Virus record (IMG/VR): IMGVR_UViG_3300034062_007196
Span: 7,447 to 71,446 of that record
DNA: 64,000 nt
Strand: one strand, 5' to 3'
Source: a virus
Lineage: Duplodnaviria > Caudoviricetes
Shown here piece by piece: positions 20,017 through 28,730 of this stretch. The notes beneath the pieces are model-generated. The model saw only the letters and a program-made list of their open reading frames with translations, ran no database searches and was not told the origin of the DNA. How positions within the stretch are numbered: the stretch's first letter is position 1; every line of letters starts with the position of its first letter. Position numbers and translations under genes: made by a program.

Positions 20017-20703
20017 ATGTTTAATACTGTACATGTCCACGAAGATTTAACTTATAGTAAATATCGCTACAAATCTAGTTCTTTAGAACCTCAATCAAGA
20101 AAATGTGTTTTTGTAGAATGTGATAATTGTCATCAAGTGATGGAGAGGGAATTTAGGAATATTTTTAGAAAACATCAATGTCCTATTGTAGTTGGAAATA
20201 ATAAAAAATGCTTCAAATGTAAAGAATGGAAAGATTTATCTTTTTTTAATAAAAGTAAAAATTTATCTGGTGGAGTATCTAAAATTTGTAGAGAATGTTA
20301 TCATAAACTTGATTCTGTAAAGAGATGCGAAGCTAACAGGAAGACTCGATTAAAATTTTCATTTGAAAACAATTTTTCATTATATTTGAGGCAAAGAAAT
20401 TCTTCTATAAAAAGCAATTGTAAAAAAAACGGGATAGAATTTAATCTTGATGAAAAATTCTTATTAGACTTATGGAATAGTCAAAATGGAATCTGTTATT
20501 ATTCTTCATTACCAATGAAAGCTGAAGGTAAAATTAAAGGCTTTCAAGGATGGCAAACGCCGTCTTTAGATAGAAAGACGCCTTCTCTTGGATACGTTAA
20601 AGGAAATGTTGTTTGGTGCTGTTTCGCAGTAAATTCGTTTAAACAAAATTTAACTACAGAAGAGTTTTTCGAAAAATTAAAAAGTATAAAATGGAATTTA
20701 TAA
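20017..20703 (+). CDS. HNH-like free-standing homing endonuclease with Zn ribbons
   Basis: CxxC pairs; SLDRKTPSLGYVKGNVVWCCFAVNSFK; AT-rich. Confidence 0.75.
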   Translation: MFNTVHVHEDLTYSKYRYKSSSLEPQSRKCVFVECDNCHQVMEREFRNIFRKHQCPIVVGNNKKCFKCKEWKDLSFFNKSKNLSGGVSKICRECYHKLDSVKRCEANRKTRLKFSFENNFSLYLRQRNSSIKSNCKKNGIEFNLDEKFLLDLWNSQNGICYYSSLPMKAEGKIKGFQGWQTPSLDRKTPSLGYVKGNVVWCCFAVNSFKQNLTTEEFFEKLKSIKWNL

Positions 20704-20712
20704 AATAAAATT

Positions 20713-21339
20713 ATGATTATAGGAATTTCAGGAGTCGCACGCAGCGGCAAAGATACTCTCGCAAATGGATTCGTTCAAATTCTCAAAGAGCTTGGAGTTA
20801 AAGCTGAAAGAATCGCTTTAGCTGATCAACTTAAGAAAGAAGTTAAACCATTTCTAAAAAAGCACGTTGGTATTGACCCTTTCAATGTCAATGACGAAGA
20901 GAAGAAAATTATTCGTCCATTTTTAGTTGCTTATGGAACTCATGTGCGCAGAGCTTTGAATGAAAATTGTTGGATTGATGTAGTAGAGAAAAACATGAAA
21001 AAAGATACTCTAACTATCATCTCTGATGTGCGTTATCAGAATGAGGCAGATTGGATTAAATCTAATAATGGATTTTTAATTCATATTGGTCGCGTTAACG
21101 AAAATGGGAAACTAATTGAACCACCAAATGAAGAAGAGAGAATCAATGATCCTCTTTTGATTGAAAAATCAAATATTTCTTTTATTTGGAAAACTTTTGG
21201 CGATCAAGACGTAAAACTCTTAACTGACTATTGTTATGCTTTTTTTCAAAGCAGCTTTAGTTCGGAGGTCATAGAAAAATGGCAGACGACTTATCCCTTA
21301 TCCAAAAAATCAAAAAAGACCAAGATGAAGACTGTTTAA
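20713..21339 (+). CDS. Deoxynucleoside monophosphate kinase
   Basis: IIGISGVARSGKDT, ALADQLK, RPFLVAYGT, ISDVRYQNE. Confidence 0.88.
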   Translation: MIIGISGVARSGKDTLANGFVQILKELGVKAERIALADQLKKEVKPFLKKHVGIDPFNVNDEEKKIIRPFLVAYGTHVRRALNENCWIDVVEKNMKKDTLTIISDVRYQNEADWIKSNNGFLIHIGRVNENGKLIEPPNEEERINDPLLIEKSNISFIWKTFGDQDVKLLTDYCYAFFQSSFSSEVIEKWQTTYPLSKKSKKTKMKTV

Positions 21340-21848
21340 AAGAACTAATCTCTCGTCATTCTGGTATTTATTTACAAATAGTTAATCAAACAATCTCTGA
21401 TCAATCTAATGTTTGCAAGTCAGACATTATAGATGAAAAAGACTTGTTTATCTACGAAAAAGCTTTAAAATACGATCCAAATCGCAACATAAAATTCAGC
21501 ACTTATTTAGGAAATGAAATTCGTTGGAAGTGTTTGAATATTCATAACCGAGCTAAAAAGTATGAATACTGCGATGTGGGAAGTCAAGAAGAGCATTTAA
21601 TTGATAAAGATTATTTTTCAGAATCCTCAGAAAAAGAGGTTGTAGATTTAATTTTTGAGAAAGCAGAAAAAAGCGAAGACCATAGAGTAAGAAAGATTAT
21701 TCAAATGCGTTATAAAGATGGGTTCAGGAATAAATTAACCCCTTGGGAGAAAATTGCTAACAAATTGAAATTATCAATTCAAGGATGCATTAATATTCAC
21801 AATAGATTTATTAAAGAAATAAAAAAAGAAGTAAATTATGATCAATAG
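21279..21848 (+). CDS. sigma70-family RNA polymerase sigma factor (regions 2 and 4)
   Basis: KYDPNRNIKFSTYLGNEIR (region 2); IIQMRY...LTPWEKIANKLKLS (region 4 HTH). Confidence 0.8.
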   Translation: MADDLSLIQKIKKDQDEDCLKELISRHSGIYLQIVNQTISDQSNVCKSDIIDEKDLFIYEKALKYDPNRNIKFSTYLGNEIRWKCLNIHNRAKKYEYCDVGSQEEHLIDKDYFSESSEKEVVDLIFEKAEKSEDHRVRKIIQMRYKDGFRNKLTPWEKIANKLKLSIQGCINIHNRFIKEIKKEVNYDQ

Positions 21849-22278
21849 AACAATCCTATTCGGAAATCTAGTAGCTGATCCAGAAGTTCGCTACACAAAA
21901 ACAGGCAAAGCTATCGCTAATATGCGAATCGCTTACAATGAAGCAAGCTCCAAAGATCAGGAAACTCTGTATATGAGCGTTGATGTTTGGGACAAGCAAG
22001 GTGAAACTTGTGGTAAGATTCTCAAGAAAGGTTCTGGAGTTATTGTTGAGGGTCGCTTAAAAGCAGACTCCTATACTGACAAAGAAGGCAAGAAGGTTAT
22101 GAAAACTTTTATCGTGGCTGATAGAGTAAACTTCGTTCCTAAATTTGAAAAATTAACATCGAATTCAGAATCTTCTAAAGCCAGCAAGCCAGAGTCTAAA
22201 CCCGTTGAAAACAAATCTCAGAATGATGAAGTTGAGTCGGCTGGCGCAGTTGGCGACGAAGACGATATTCCTTTTTAA
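21838..22278 (+). CDS. ssb: Single-stranded DNA-binding protein
   Basis: NRTILFGNLVADPEVRYT, VEGRL, C-terminal DDIPF. Confidence 0.97.
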   Translation: MINRTILFGNLVADPEVRYTKTGKAIANMRIAYNEASSKDQETLYMSVDVWDKQGETCGKILKKGSGVIVEGRLKADSYTDKEGKKVMKTFIVADRVNFVPKFEKLTSNSESSKASKPESKPVENKSQNDEVESAGAVGDEDDIPF

Positions 22279-22281
22279 GAT

Positions 22282-23346
22282 ATGCAATTTATTTTTGAAG
22301 CTCCCCTCAATTCACTCTCCTTTGGTAATGTTGCTGTCAACTTGCTAAGGGAGATGTGGAAAGCTGGACATGATGTTGGTTTGTTTCCAGTTGGAAACCC
22401 CGATGTTTCAGCACACTCCGTTGAGCCTGAGTTTGCTCAATGGTTGGAAAATTCTGTACAGAATAGGTTTTCTTTTCTAAAGAAAGACGTGCCTTCAATT
22501 AAACTTTGGCATTTAAATGGAAGCGATAATCGCAAAACAAAGAGTCAGTATTTAGTTACATTTTACGAGTGTTCCGAGCCTACCGCTGAAGAACAAACTC
22601 TTGTCAAATTGCAAGATAAGACATTTTTCTCTTCTAGCTATTCTTTAGATAAATTTAGTAATTGCGACAATACCGAGCTTTTCACTCTTGGATTTGACCA
22701 GTCTTTTCATAAGACGGGAAAAACTTATCTTCCAAATCGAATTCACTTTGGTTTAATGGGTAAGTTTGAGTATCGCAAGCATACTGCTAAAATCATTAAA
22801 ACTTGGCTTAAGAAGTATGGTAATAATCCAAACTACCTACTTTCTTGCTGTGTAACTAATCCTTTCTTTAAGCCTGAGCAGATGCAACAAATTCTTGCTC
22901 AAACTCTTGAAGGAAAACAATACAGCAACATTAATTTCATTCCTTACTTAAAAACAAATGCGGAAGTGAATGATTTCTTGAACGCTATTGATATTGATCT
23001 TACTGGTCTTTCGGGAGCAGAAGGTTGGAACTTGCCAGCTTTTAATGCAACCTGTTTAGGAAAGTGGTCAGTTGTGCTTGATGCTACATCTCATAAAGAT
23101 TGGGCTAATGCTGAGAATTCTATTCTTGTGCAACCACAAGGTACAATTCCAGCAAGTGATGGAGTATTCTTTACGCCAGGTTCTCAATTCAACCAAGGAG
23201 TCTTTTTTGATTGGAATGAAGAAGATGTTATTGCTGCCATGGAAACGGCTGAATCAAAAGCTAAAATTTTAAATGAAAACGGCATCTCTCTTGGAAGAGA
23301 AATGACGTATCAAAAAACCCTAAATCAAATTATCTCAAAACTATGA
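22282..23346 (+). CDS. GT4-like (GT-B) glycosyltransferase
   Basis: GKFEYRKH, SGAEGWNLPAFNA (ExxxxxxxE-like motif). Confidence 0.75.
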   Translation: MQFIFEAPLNSLSFGNVAVNLLREMWKAGHDVGLFPVGNPDVSAHSVEPEFAQWLENSVQNRFSFLKKDVPSIKLWHLNGSDNRKTKSQYLVTFYECSEPTAEEQTLVKLQDKTFFSSSYSLDKFSNCDNTELFTLGFDQSFHKTGKTYLPNRIHFGLMGKFEYRKHTAKIIKTWLKKYGNNPNYLLSCCVTNPFFKPEQMQQILAQTLEGKQYSNINFIPYLKTNAEVNDFLNAIDIDLTGLSGAEGWNLPAFNATCLGKWSVVLDATSHKDWANAENSILVQPQGTIPASDGVFFTPGSQFNQGVFFDWNEEDVIAAMETAESKAKILNENGISLGREMTYQKTLNQIISKL

Positions 23347-23690
23347 TTAAAAATCAAACATTCGGTCAGGCTCTTGAAGCCATGAAGCAAGGAAAGATTG
23401 TTAGCAGGGAAGGTTGGAATGGTAAAGGCATGTTTGTATTCATGCAAGTGCCTTCTGAAGTTCCTATCGAAATTATTCCTAAAATGACAAGTCTTCCACA
23501 AGCTGTCAAGGATAAGGTTTGCGTTCGAGGTCTTCCTCTTCGCTATCAAAATCAGATGGCTATTGTTTATCCAGACAATAACGTATATGGATGGTTGGCA
23601 AGCCCAAGCGACTGCTTGGAAAGCGATTGGTGTATTCATGAAGAATATATTGTTGCTGGAGAAACAGTCGGAACTGCAAAACCGCTATAA
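23343..23690 (+). CDS. DUF2829 / Tad2-like protein
   Basis: TFGQALEAMKQGKIVSREGWNGKGMF...GWLASPSDCLESDW. Confidence 0.8.
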   Translation: MIKNQTFGQALEAMKQGKIVSREGWNGKGMFVFMQVPSEVPIEIIPKMTSLPQAVKDKVCVRGLPLRYQNQMAIVYPDNNVYGWLASPSDCLESDWCIHEEYIVAGETVGTAKPL

Positions 23691-23704
23691 TAAAAATCTA
23701 ACAG

Positions 23705-23736
23705 AAAGAGGGGTTGAAAAACCCCTCTTTTTTTTT
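23705..23736 (+). terminator. Rho-independent terminator
   Basis: AAAGAGGGGTT-GAAA-AACCCCTCTTT followed by a T run. Confidence 0.9.
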
Positions 23737-23745
23737 AGTATCCGT

Positions 23746-24129
23746 ATGCCTTTATACTGTTATCGCAATCCTGAAACTGGAGAAGAAGTAGAGATCATTC
23801 AAGGAATGAATGATGTTCATGAATTCGTTGACTCTTCTGGTCTTAAATGGGATAGAGTATTCTTCTCTCCCAACGCTAGTATTGATACTAAAACAGACGC
23901 ATTTAGCGCACAGAAGTTCGTAGAACGCACTGCTTCGAAAAAAGGCACAATGGGAGACATGCTTGATTACAGCGCGGAAATGAGCGCAAAGCGTGCGGAA
24001 CAAGCTGGTGGAGTTGACCCAGTTAAGAAGAAATTCTTTGAAGACTATTCCAAAGAAAGAAAAGGCGCAAAACACATGGCAGATAAGCCCAAAACTATTG
24101 AAAATAAAAATTTTAAAATTGAACTATGA
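23746..24129 (+). CDS. FmdB-like small regulatory protein
   Basis: Likely start MPLYCYRNPETGEEVEIIQGM; the ORF-track start at 23563 runs through the terminator. Confidence 0.65.
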   Translation: MPLYCYRNPETGEEVEIIQGMNDVHEFVDSSGLKWDRVFFSPNASIDTKTDAFSAQKFVERTASKKGTMGDMLDYSAEMSAKRAEQAGGVDPVKKKFFEDYSKERKGAKHMADKPKTIENKNFKIEL

Positions 24130-24713
24130 TGAATACTAACGAATTGTATGAAAAAATTTTAAATCCTAAAATTAGGTGTCAAACAAGAGAGCAAATTTGG
24201 CATTTATACTTAAAAGAACATTATTCAAATTCTGCATTTTTAGAATTTGGAGTTTGGCAAGGTAGATCAATTAATTACATGGCTCTTGTTAGACCAGATT
24301 GCTTCTTTCACGGTTTCGATTCATTTGAAGGATTACCTGAAGATTGGAAAGAGAGTCACTCAAAAGGTATTTTCGCTACAGATTTTAGTAAGTTAAAATT
24401 TAAATCAAATGTCTTTATTTATAAAGGGTGGTTTGAAGAAACAATTTCAAAAGTAAAAAATATTAAAGAACCAATAAAAGGTATTCATATAGATTGTGAT
24501 ATTGGTAGTTCAACAAATACTATATTAAATAATTTATCTCAATTAATTATTGAACAAAAGCCTATGCTTTTATTTGATGAGATGTTTAATTATAGAGGGT
24601 ATGAAGAGCATGAATTTAAATCTTTCTTGAACTGGATTAATGAAAATAATTTAGATTTTAATATAGAAGCTTCGAACCTAAACCATGAACAGGTTTTAAT
24701 TAAATTACTTTAA
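24126..24713 (+). CDS. TylF/MycF-like sugar O-methyltransferase
   Basis: LEFGVWQGRS, GFDSFEGLP, KGWFEET, IHIDCD, LFDE. Confidence 0.8.
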   Translation: MMNTNELYEKILNPKIRCQTREQIWHLYLKEHYSNSAFLEFGVWQGRSINYMALVRPDCFFHGFDSFEGLPEDWKESHSKGIFATDFSKLKFKSNVFIYKGWFEETISKVKNIKEPIKGIHIDCDIGSSTNTILNNLSQLIIEQKPMLLFDEMFNYRGYEEHEFKSFLNWINENNLDFNIEASNLNHEQVLIKLL

Positions 24714-25672
24714 ATTTTTTGATAAAATTTTAACCATTCTTCATTATTAATGACATCTTCAAAAGAGTCTTTATGATGAAGAATATTATATTTTAATACT
24801 TTGTTAATATATTGTAGGCATTTCTGTTGAGAAGGTTTATAATAATTTAATTTAGACAGATTATTAAAATTTGTTGCGCATTCTAATGTAACTTCATGAT
24901 CAGAAAATGTACCTACTCCCAAAGTCGCTACTGGAATACCTAAACAGATAGCTTCTTGAACTAAAGTAGAATTAACAGATATGAGATAATTATATTCTTG
25001 AAGTTGGCTATAAGCACTTTTAGATAAATCAATATTCCATTGAGGGTTCCAAAAAGATTTTTTATATTTTTCAATATTTTCATTCCAATGATCTAAAAAT
25101 CTTGGATGTGGTCTTATAGTAACTTCATAAGAATCAGGCAAATATGTTTTAATAAAACATAAAGTGGCTTCAACTTTATCTGTAAATTTTTCTCCAAAAG
25201 GGAATTGAAAATTAATATTAGAATCTAAATGATGTTGAAGAGCAACTAATACTTTATTATTTTGAGTTTCATGAGAAAACCATTTATATTTGAATTTATT
25301 GAAAATAGTTTTATTTATTGTTTCAATACGACAATTTTGAATATCCTCTATTTGATCAAATCTTTTTCTCAAGTTAGAGTCAGAAAAAAAACCTTTATTG
25401 TCTAAATAAATTCCAGAATTTTGAATTAATAAAGAATTGTCAATAAATAAAACATTTTTATTTTGAGCCTCTATCCAAGAATGCTTCGTCCTACAATTCC
25501 ATGTAATTATATTAGGATATTCTTGAAATAATTTTAAATAATCTTTACATCCACCAGTAACGGAAACTTTACGAACTCCTATTTTTTTTTCAATTAAGAA
25601 TTTTTCCCATGCGTTAAAAATAGGACTATTTAAAACGTAATCTGTTAATAAACATAAAACTTTTTCTTCCAT
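24710..25672 (-). CDS. Capsule biosynthesis KpsS/KpsC-like GT-B protein
   Basis: LVALQHHLDSNI, IRPHP, VNSTLVQEAICLGIPVATLG. Confidence 0.7.
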   Translation of the reverse strand: MEEKVLCLLTDYVLNSPIFNAWEKFLIEKKIGVRKVSVTGGCKDYLKLFQEYPNIITWNCRTKHSWIEAQNKNVLFIDNSLLIQNSGIYLDNKGFFSDSNLRKRFDQIEDIQNCRIETINKTIFNKFKYKWFSHETQNNKVLVALQHHLDSNINFQFPFGEKFTDKVEATLCFIKTYLPDSYEVTIRPHPRFLDHWNENIEKYKKSFWNPQWNIDLSKSAYSQLQEYNYLISVNSTLVQEAICLGIPVATLGVGTFSDHEVTLECATNFNNLSKLNYYKPSQQKCLQYINKVLKYNILHHKDSFEDVINNEEWLKFYQKI

Positions 25673-25723
25673 ATTTAATTATACTAATACTAGAAACATT
25701 TTATAAAAAAATTACTATCCTAT

Positions 25724-26185
25724 ATGAATTTAGCCTTCTATAAACCCAATAGCAAAAACCTAGGTTGCGCATTCTCCTTTCAGCTTTCTACCAAGGGCGC
25801 TCCCACAGTTTACGTCAATGGTATCCAGCAATTTTCTTGGAACGAGCAAACAAAAAACGGTTCTTTCTCAGGTAATAAAGATAATCCAGAAAAGACAATC
25901 GCCATCAAACTAAACGAAATTGAAATCGGTGGACTCATTCACGCTATTCGCACTTATGGCGACTGGAAAGCCTTCCACACATTTCAAGAAAACAAGACTC
26001 AAATCTCTTGGACTCGCTACACTAAAAAGGATGGCGGCCAAGCTTTCTCATTCAGCATTTCTCGCAATGGAAATCAAAAATTTGGCATGGGCGTAGAACT
26101 ATCAGAAGCGGAAACTCTTCGAGTCTTTCTAGAAAGTTCACTAGTTAAAATTTTAGAATCGAAGGTTCAAAATTCCGAACAGTAA
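25724..26185 (+). CDS. Putative Whirly/PC4-like ssDNA-binding protein
   Basis: FYK...KTIAIKLNEIEIGGLI...AFH...LSEAETL pattern resembles Whirly (by eye). Confidence 0.45.
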   Translation: MNLAFYKPNSKNLGCAFSFQLSTKGAPTVYVNGIQQFSWNEQTKNGSFSGNKDNPEKTIAIKLNEIEIGGLIHAIRTYGDWKAFHTFQENKTQISWTRYTKKDGGQAFSFSISRNGNQKFGMGVELSEAETLRVFLESSLVKILESKVQNSEQ

Positions 26186-26189
26186 TTTT

Positions 26190-26480
26190 ATGAAATATAG
26201 AAAAAAGCCAGTAGTTATTGAAGCCATTTCATTTGATGAATTGGTGGAACACGGAAGAAATGCAAATCCGCAAAGTGTACATGGTCCGAACAAAATGCCG
26301 TGGAGTTTTGAATATAAAGGACATTCCATTACTCATGAAAATGACGAATGCTATTTAATTCCAACTCTAGAAGGAATTATGAAGATGAGCAAACAGGATA
26401 TGCTGATTGAAGGAGTTAAAGGAGAAATTTATCCGTGCAAAATTGATATTTTTAACTCGACTTACGAGCCTGCTGAATAA
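26190..26480 (+). CDS. Conserved phage protein of the KYRKKPVVIEA (PGDYG-like) family
   Basis: MKYRKKPVVIEA...IPTLEG...GVKGEIYPCKIDIFNSTYE. Confidence 0.7.
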   Translation: MKYRKKPVVIEAISFDELVEHGRNANPQSVHGPNKMPWSFEYKGHSITHENDECYLIPTLEGIMKMSKQDMLIEGVKGEIYPCKIDIFNSTYEPAE

Positions 26481-26481
26481 T

Positions 26482-28371
26482 ATGAGAAAAAAGCGTATCC
26501 TAATCCATACCAATTTTTCAAGACTCTTCACGGGTTTTGGGAAAAATGCTAAAAATATTTTGCGCCATCTTCACAAGACTGGCAAATACGAAGTAATTGA
26601 ATTAGCAAACGGCTTGCCTTGGGATGCGCCTGATTGCAAACGTCAGCCTTGGCAGTGTCATGGCTCAATGCCGCTGCCACATGTTGCTGCTTCCATCAAG
26701 GGAGATGGTAACAAAGAACGCGCTGCTAGCTACGGAGCTTTTGGCATTGATCGAGCAATTAATGAAATCAAGCCTGATGTTTATTTGGGTATTGAAGATG
26801 TTTGGGCTTTCAATGGTTTTTGGGATAAGCCTTGGTGGAATCATATTACTTCTGCAATTTGGACTACTTTGGATTCTATGCCAATTCTTCCTGATGCGGT
26901 TGACGCTGCTGCAAAAGTTAAGAACTACTTTGTTTGGGCCTCCTTTGCAGAAAAAGGTTTAAAAGAAATTGGTTACGATAATGTTAAAACAGTCAGGGGA
27001 ACTCTTGATACAAATCAGTTTTACGCTTTGTCAGAGCTTGATAAAAAGAAATTAAAACAAAAATTCAATCTGCAAAATAATTTTGTCGTTGGTTTTGTAT
27101 TTAGAAATCAGCTTAGAAAAAGCGTTCCAAACATGCTTGATGGCTTTCTTGAATTTAAGCGTCAAAATCCGCAGGCAAAACCAAAACTGCTTCTTCATAC
27201 TCACTGGTCTGAAGGATGGGATATTCCGCGCCTAATACGCGAAAAAAACATCATGCCAGAAGATGTATGCACAACTTACTTCTGCAAGAACTGCAAACAG
27301 TATGAAATTCGTCCATTTACAGGTCAGGATTTAAATTGTAAATATTGCGGCTCGGCAAAATCAGTCTCAACAACCAATATAACTAATGGAGTTAATGAAA
27401 GTCAGTTGAATGAAATCTACAACATCATGGATGTTTATTGTCACCCATTCACTAGCGGTGGTCAAGAGATTCCTGTTCAAGAAGCTAAATTAACAAAGCT
27501 TATTACTTTGGTTACTGACTATTCATGTGGCGAAGATTACTGCCAAGAGGATAGCGGAGGAATGCCTTTGTCTTGGGCCGAATACAGAGAGCCTGGAACT
27601 CAATTCATTAAAGCTTCAACGCTTCCTTCAAGCATTGCAAAACAACTTTCAAAGGTTTATAATATGAAACCTGAGAAGAGGCAAAAGATGGGTGAGATTG
27701 CAAGACAGTTTGTTATTGATAATTGTTCTATCGAAAACGTTTGCAAGCAATTGGAAGAATTCTTTGATAATGCTCCTCTTATTGAAGATTGGAACATTCC
27801 CTCAAAAGAGAAAAATCCAAACTACCCGAACCCATCTATCCAAGACGATGCTGAATGGATTATTGACTTGTATAAAAATATGCTTGCTGAAACAATAGAT
27901 AAAAACAGCCAAGCTTGCGTGCATTGGGTTGGCAGACTAAAATCAGATTTAAATAGAGAAGGAATTTATAACCATTTTCGTCAAGCAGCCTCTCAGAAAG
28001 AACAGAAAGAAGTTGATATTCAAGATGTTCTGGATAAAGATGACGCTGGAAGAAGAATTGCTGTAGTGATGCCGCAATCTGCTGGAGATGTTTTAATGGT
28101 TAATTCTCTTTTATCAAATTTGAAAGAATTATATCCAGAATATAATATTTATTTTATTACGTTACCTCAATTTTTTGAAATTGTTAATGAGCACCCAGCA
28201 GTTCATAAAATTCTTCCGTATTCTCCAATCTTTGATAACCTTCTATTCTTAGAGGGACAAGGTTCTCATAAGGGTTATTTTGAAATTGCTTTCTTGCCCT
28301 TCGTAACAACTCAAAAACATTTTACATATCATCATAATGGAAAAGATCGAACTCAAATCCAACTTCAGTAA
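26482..28371 (+). CDS. Glycosyltransferase fusion: GT4-like domain with Zn ribbon plus GT9-like domain
   Basis: RNQLRKSVP, CKNC...CKYC, TSGGQEIPVQEA; C-terminal PQSAGDVLMV...FEIVNEHPAVHKI. Start MRKKRIL at 26482. Confidence 0.75.
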   Translation: MRKKRILIHTNFSRLFTGFGKNAKNILRHLHKTGKYEVIELANGLPWDAPDCKRQPWQCHGSMPLPHVAASIKGDGNKERAASYGAFGIDRAINEIKPDVYLGIEDVWAFNGFWDKPWWNHITSAIWTTLDSMPILPDAVDAAAKVKNYFVWASFAEKGLKEIGYDNVKTVRGTLDTNQFYALSELDKKKLKQKFNLQNNFVVGFVFRNQLRKSVPNMLDGFLEFKRQNPQAKPKLLLHTHWSEGWDIPRLIREKNIMPEDVCTTYFCKNCKQYEIRPFTGQDLNCKYCGSAKSVSTTNITNGVNESQLNEIYNIMDVYCHPFTSGGQEIPVQEAKLTKLITLVTDYSCGEDYCQEDSGGMPLSWAEYREPGTQFIKASTLPSSIAKQLSKVYNMKPEKRQKMGEIARQFVIDNCSIENVCKQLEEFFDNAPLIEDWNIPSKEKNPNYPNPSIQDDAEWIIDLYKNMLAETIDKNSQACVHWVGRLKSDLNREGIYNHFRQAASQKEQKEVDIQDVLDKDDAGRRIAVVMPQSAGDVLMVNSLLSNLKELYPEYNIYFITLPQFFEIVNEHPAVHKILPYSPIFDNLLFLEGQGSHKGYFEIAFLPFVTTQKHFTYHHNGKDRTQIQLQ

Positions 28372-28729
28372 AGAAGGTTGGAAAACTTCTCATTTCGTCC
28401 CTAAAGGTTGGGGTTACGAAAAATGGATTGTTAATCGCGATGATTACTGCGGTAAACTATTATTCATGAACAAAGACAAGAAGCTTTCTTGGCACTATCA
28501 TGAAAAGAAAACGGAAACCTTTTACATTAATAAGGGTCGAGTAGTTCTATACTATGGCTACAGTGATGATATTAAATGCGCCATTATTCAAGAACTTTCT
28601 GCTGGTGATGTTTTTCATGTGCCAACTGGTCTTCGGCATAGACTATTAGCCTTGGAAGATTCTGAAATTATGGAATTTTCAACTCACCACGAAGATGAAG
28701 ATTCTATTCGCGTAGAAAAAGGAGACTAA
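28337..28729 (+). CDS. Cupin (mannose-6-phosphate isomerase type II-like)
   Basis: KGWGYE, SWHYHEKKTETFY, HVPTGLRHR. Confidence 0.8.
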   Translation: MEKIELKSNFSKEGWKTSHFVPKGWGYEKWIVNRDDYCGKLLFMNKDKKLSWHYHEKKTETFYINKGRVVLYYGYSDDIKCAIIQELSAGDVFHVPTGLRHRLLALEDSEIMEFSTHHEDEDSIRVEKGD

Positions 28730-28730
28730 C

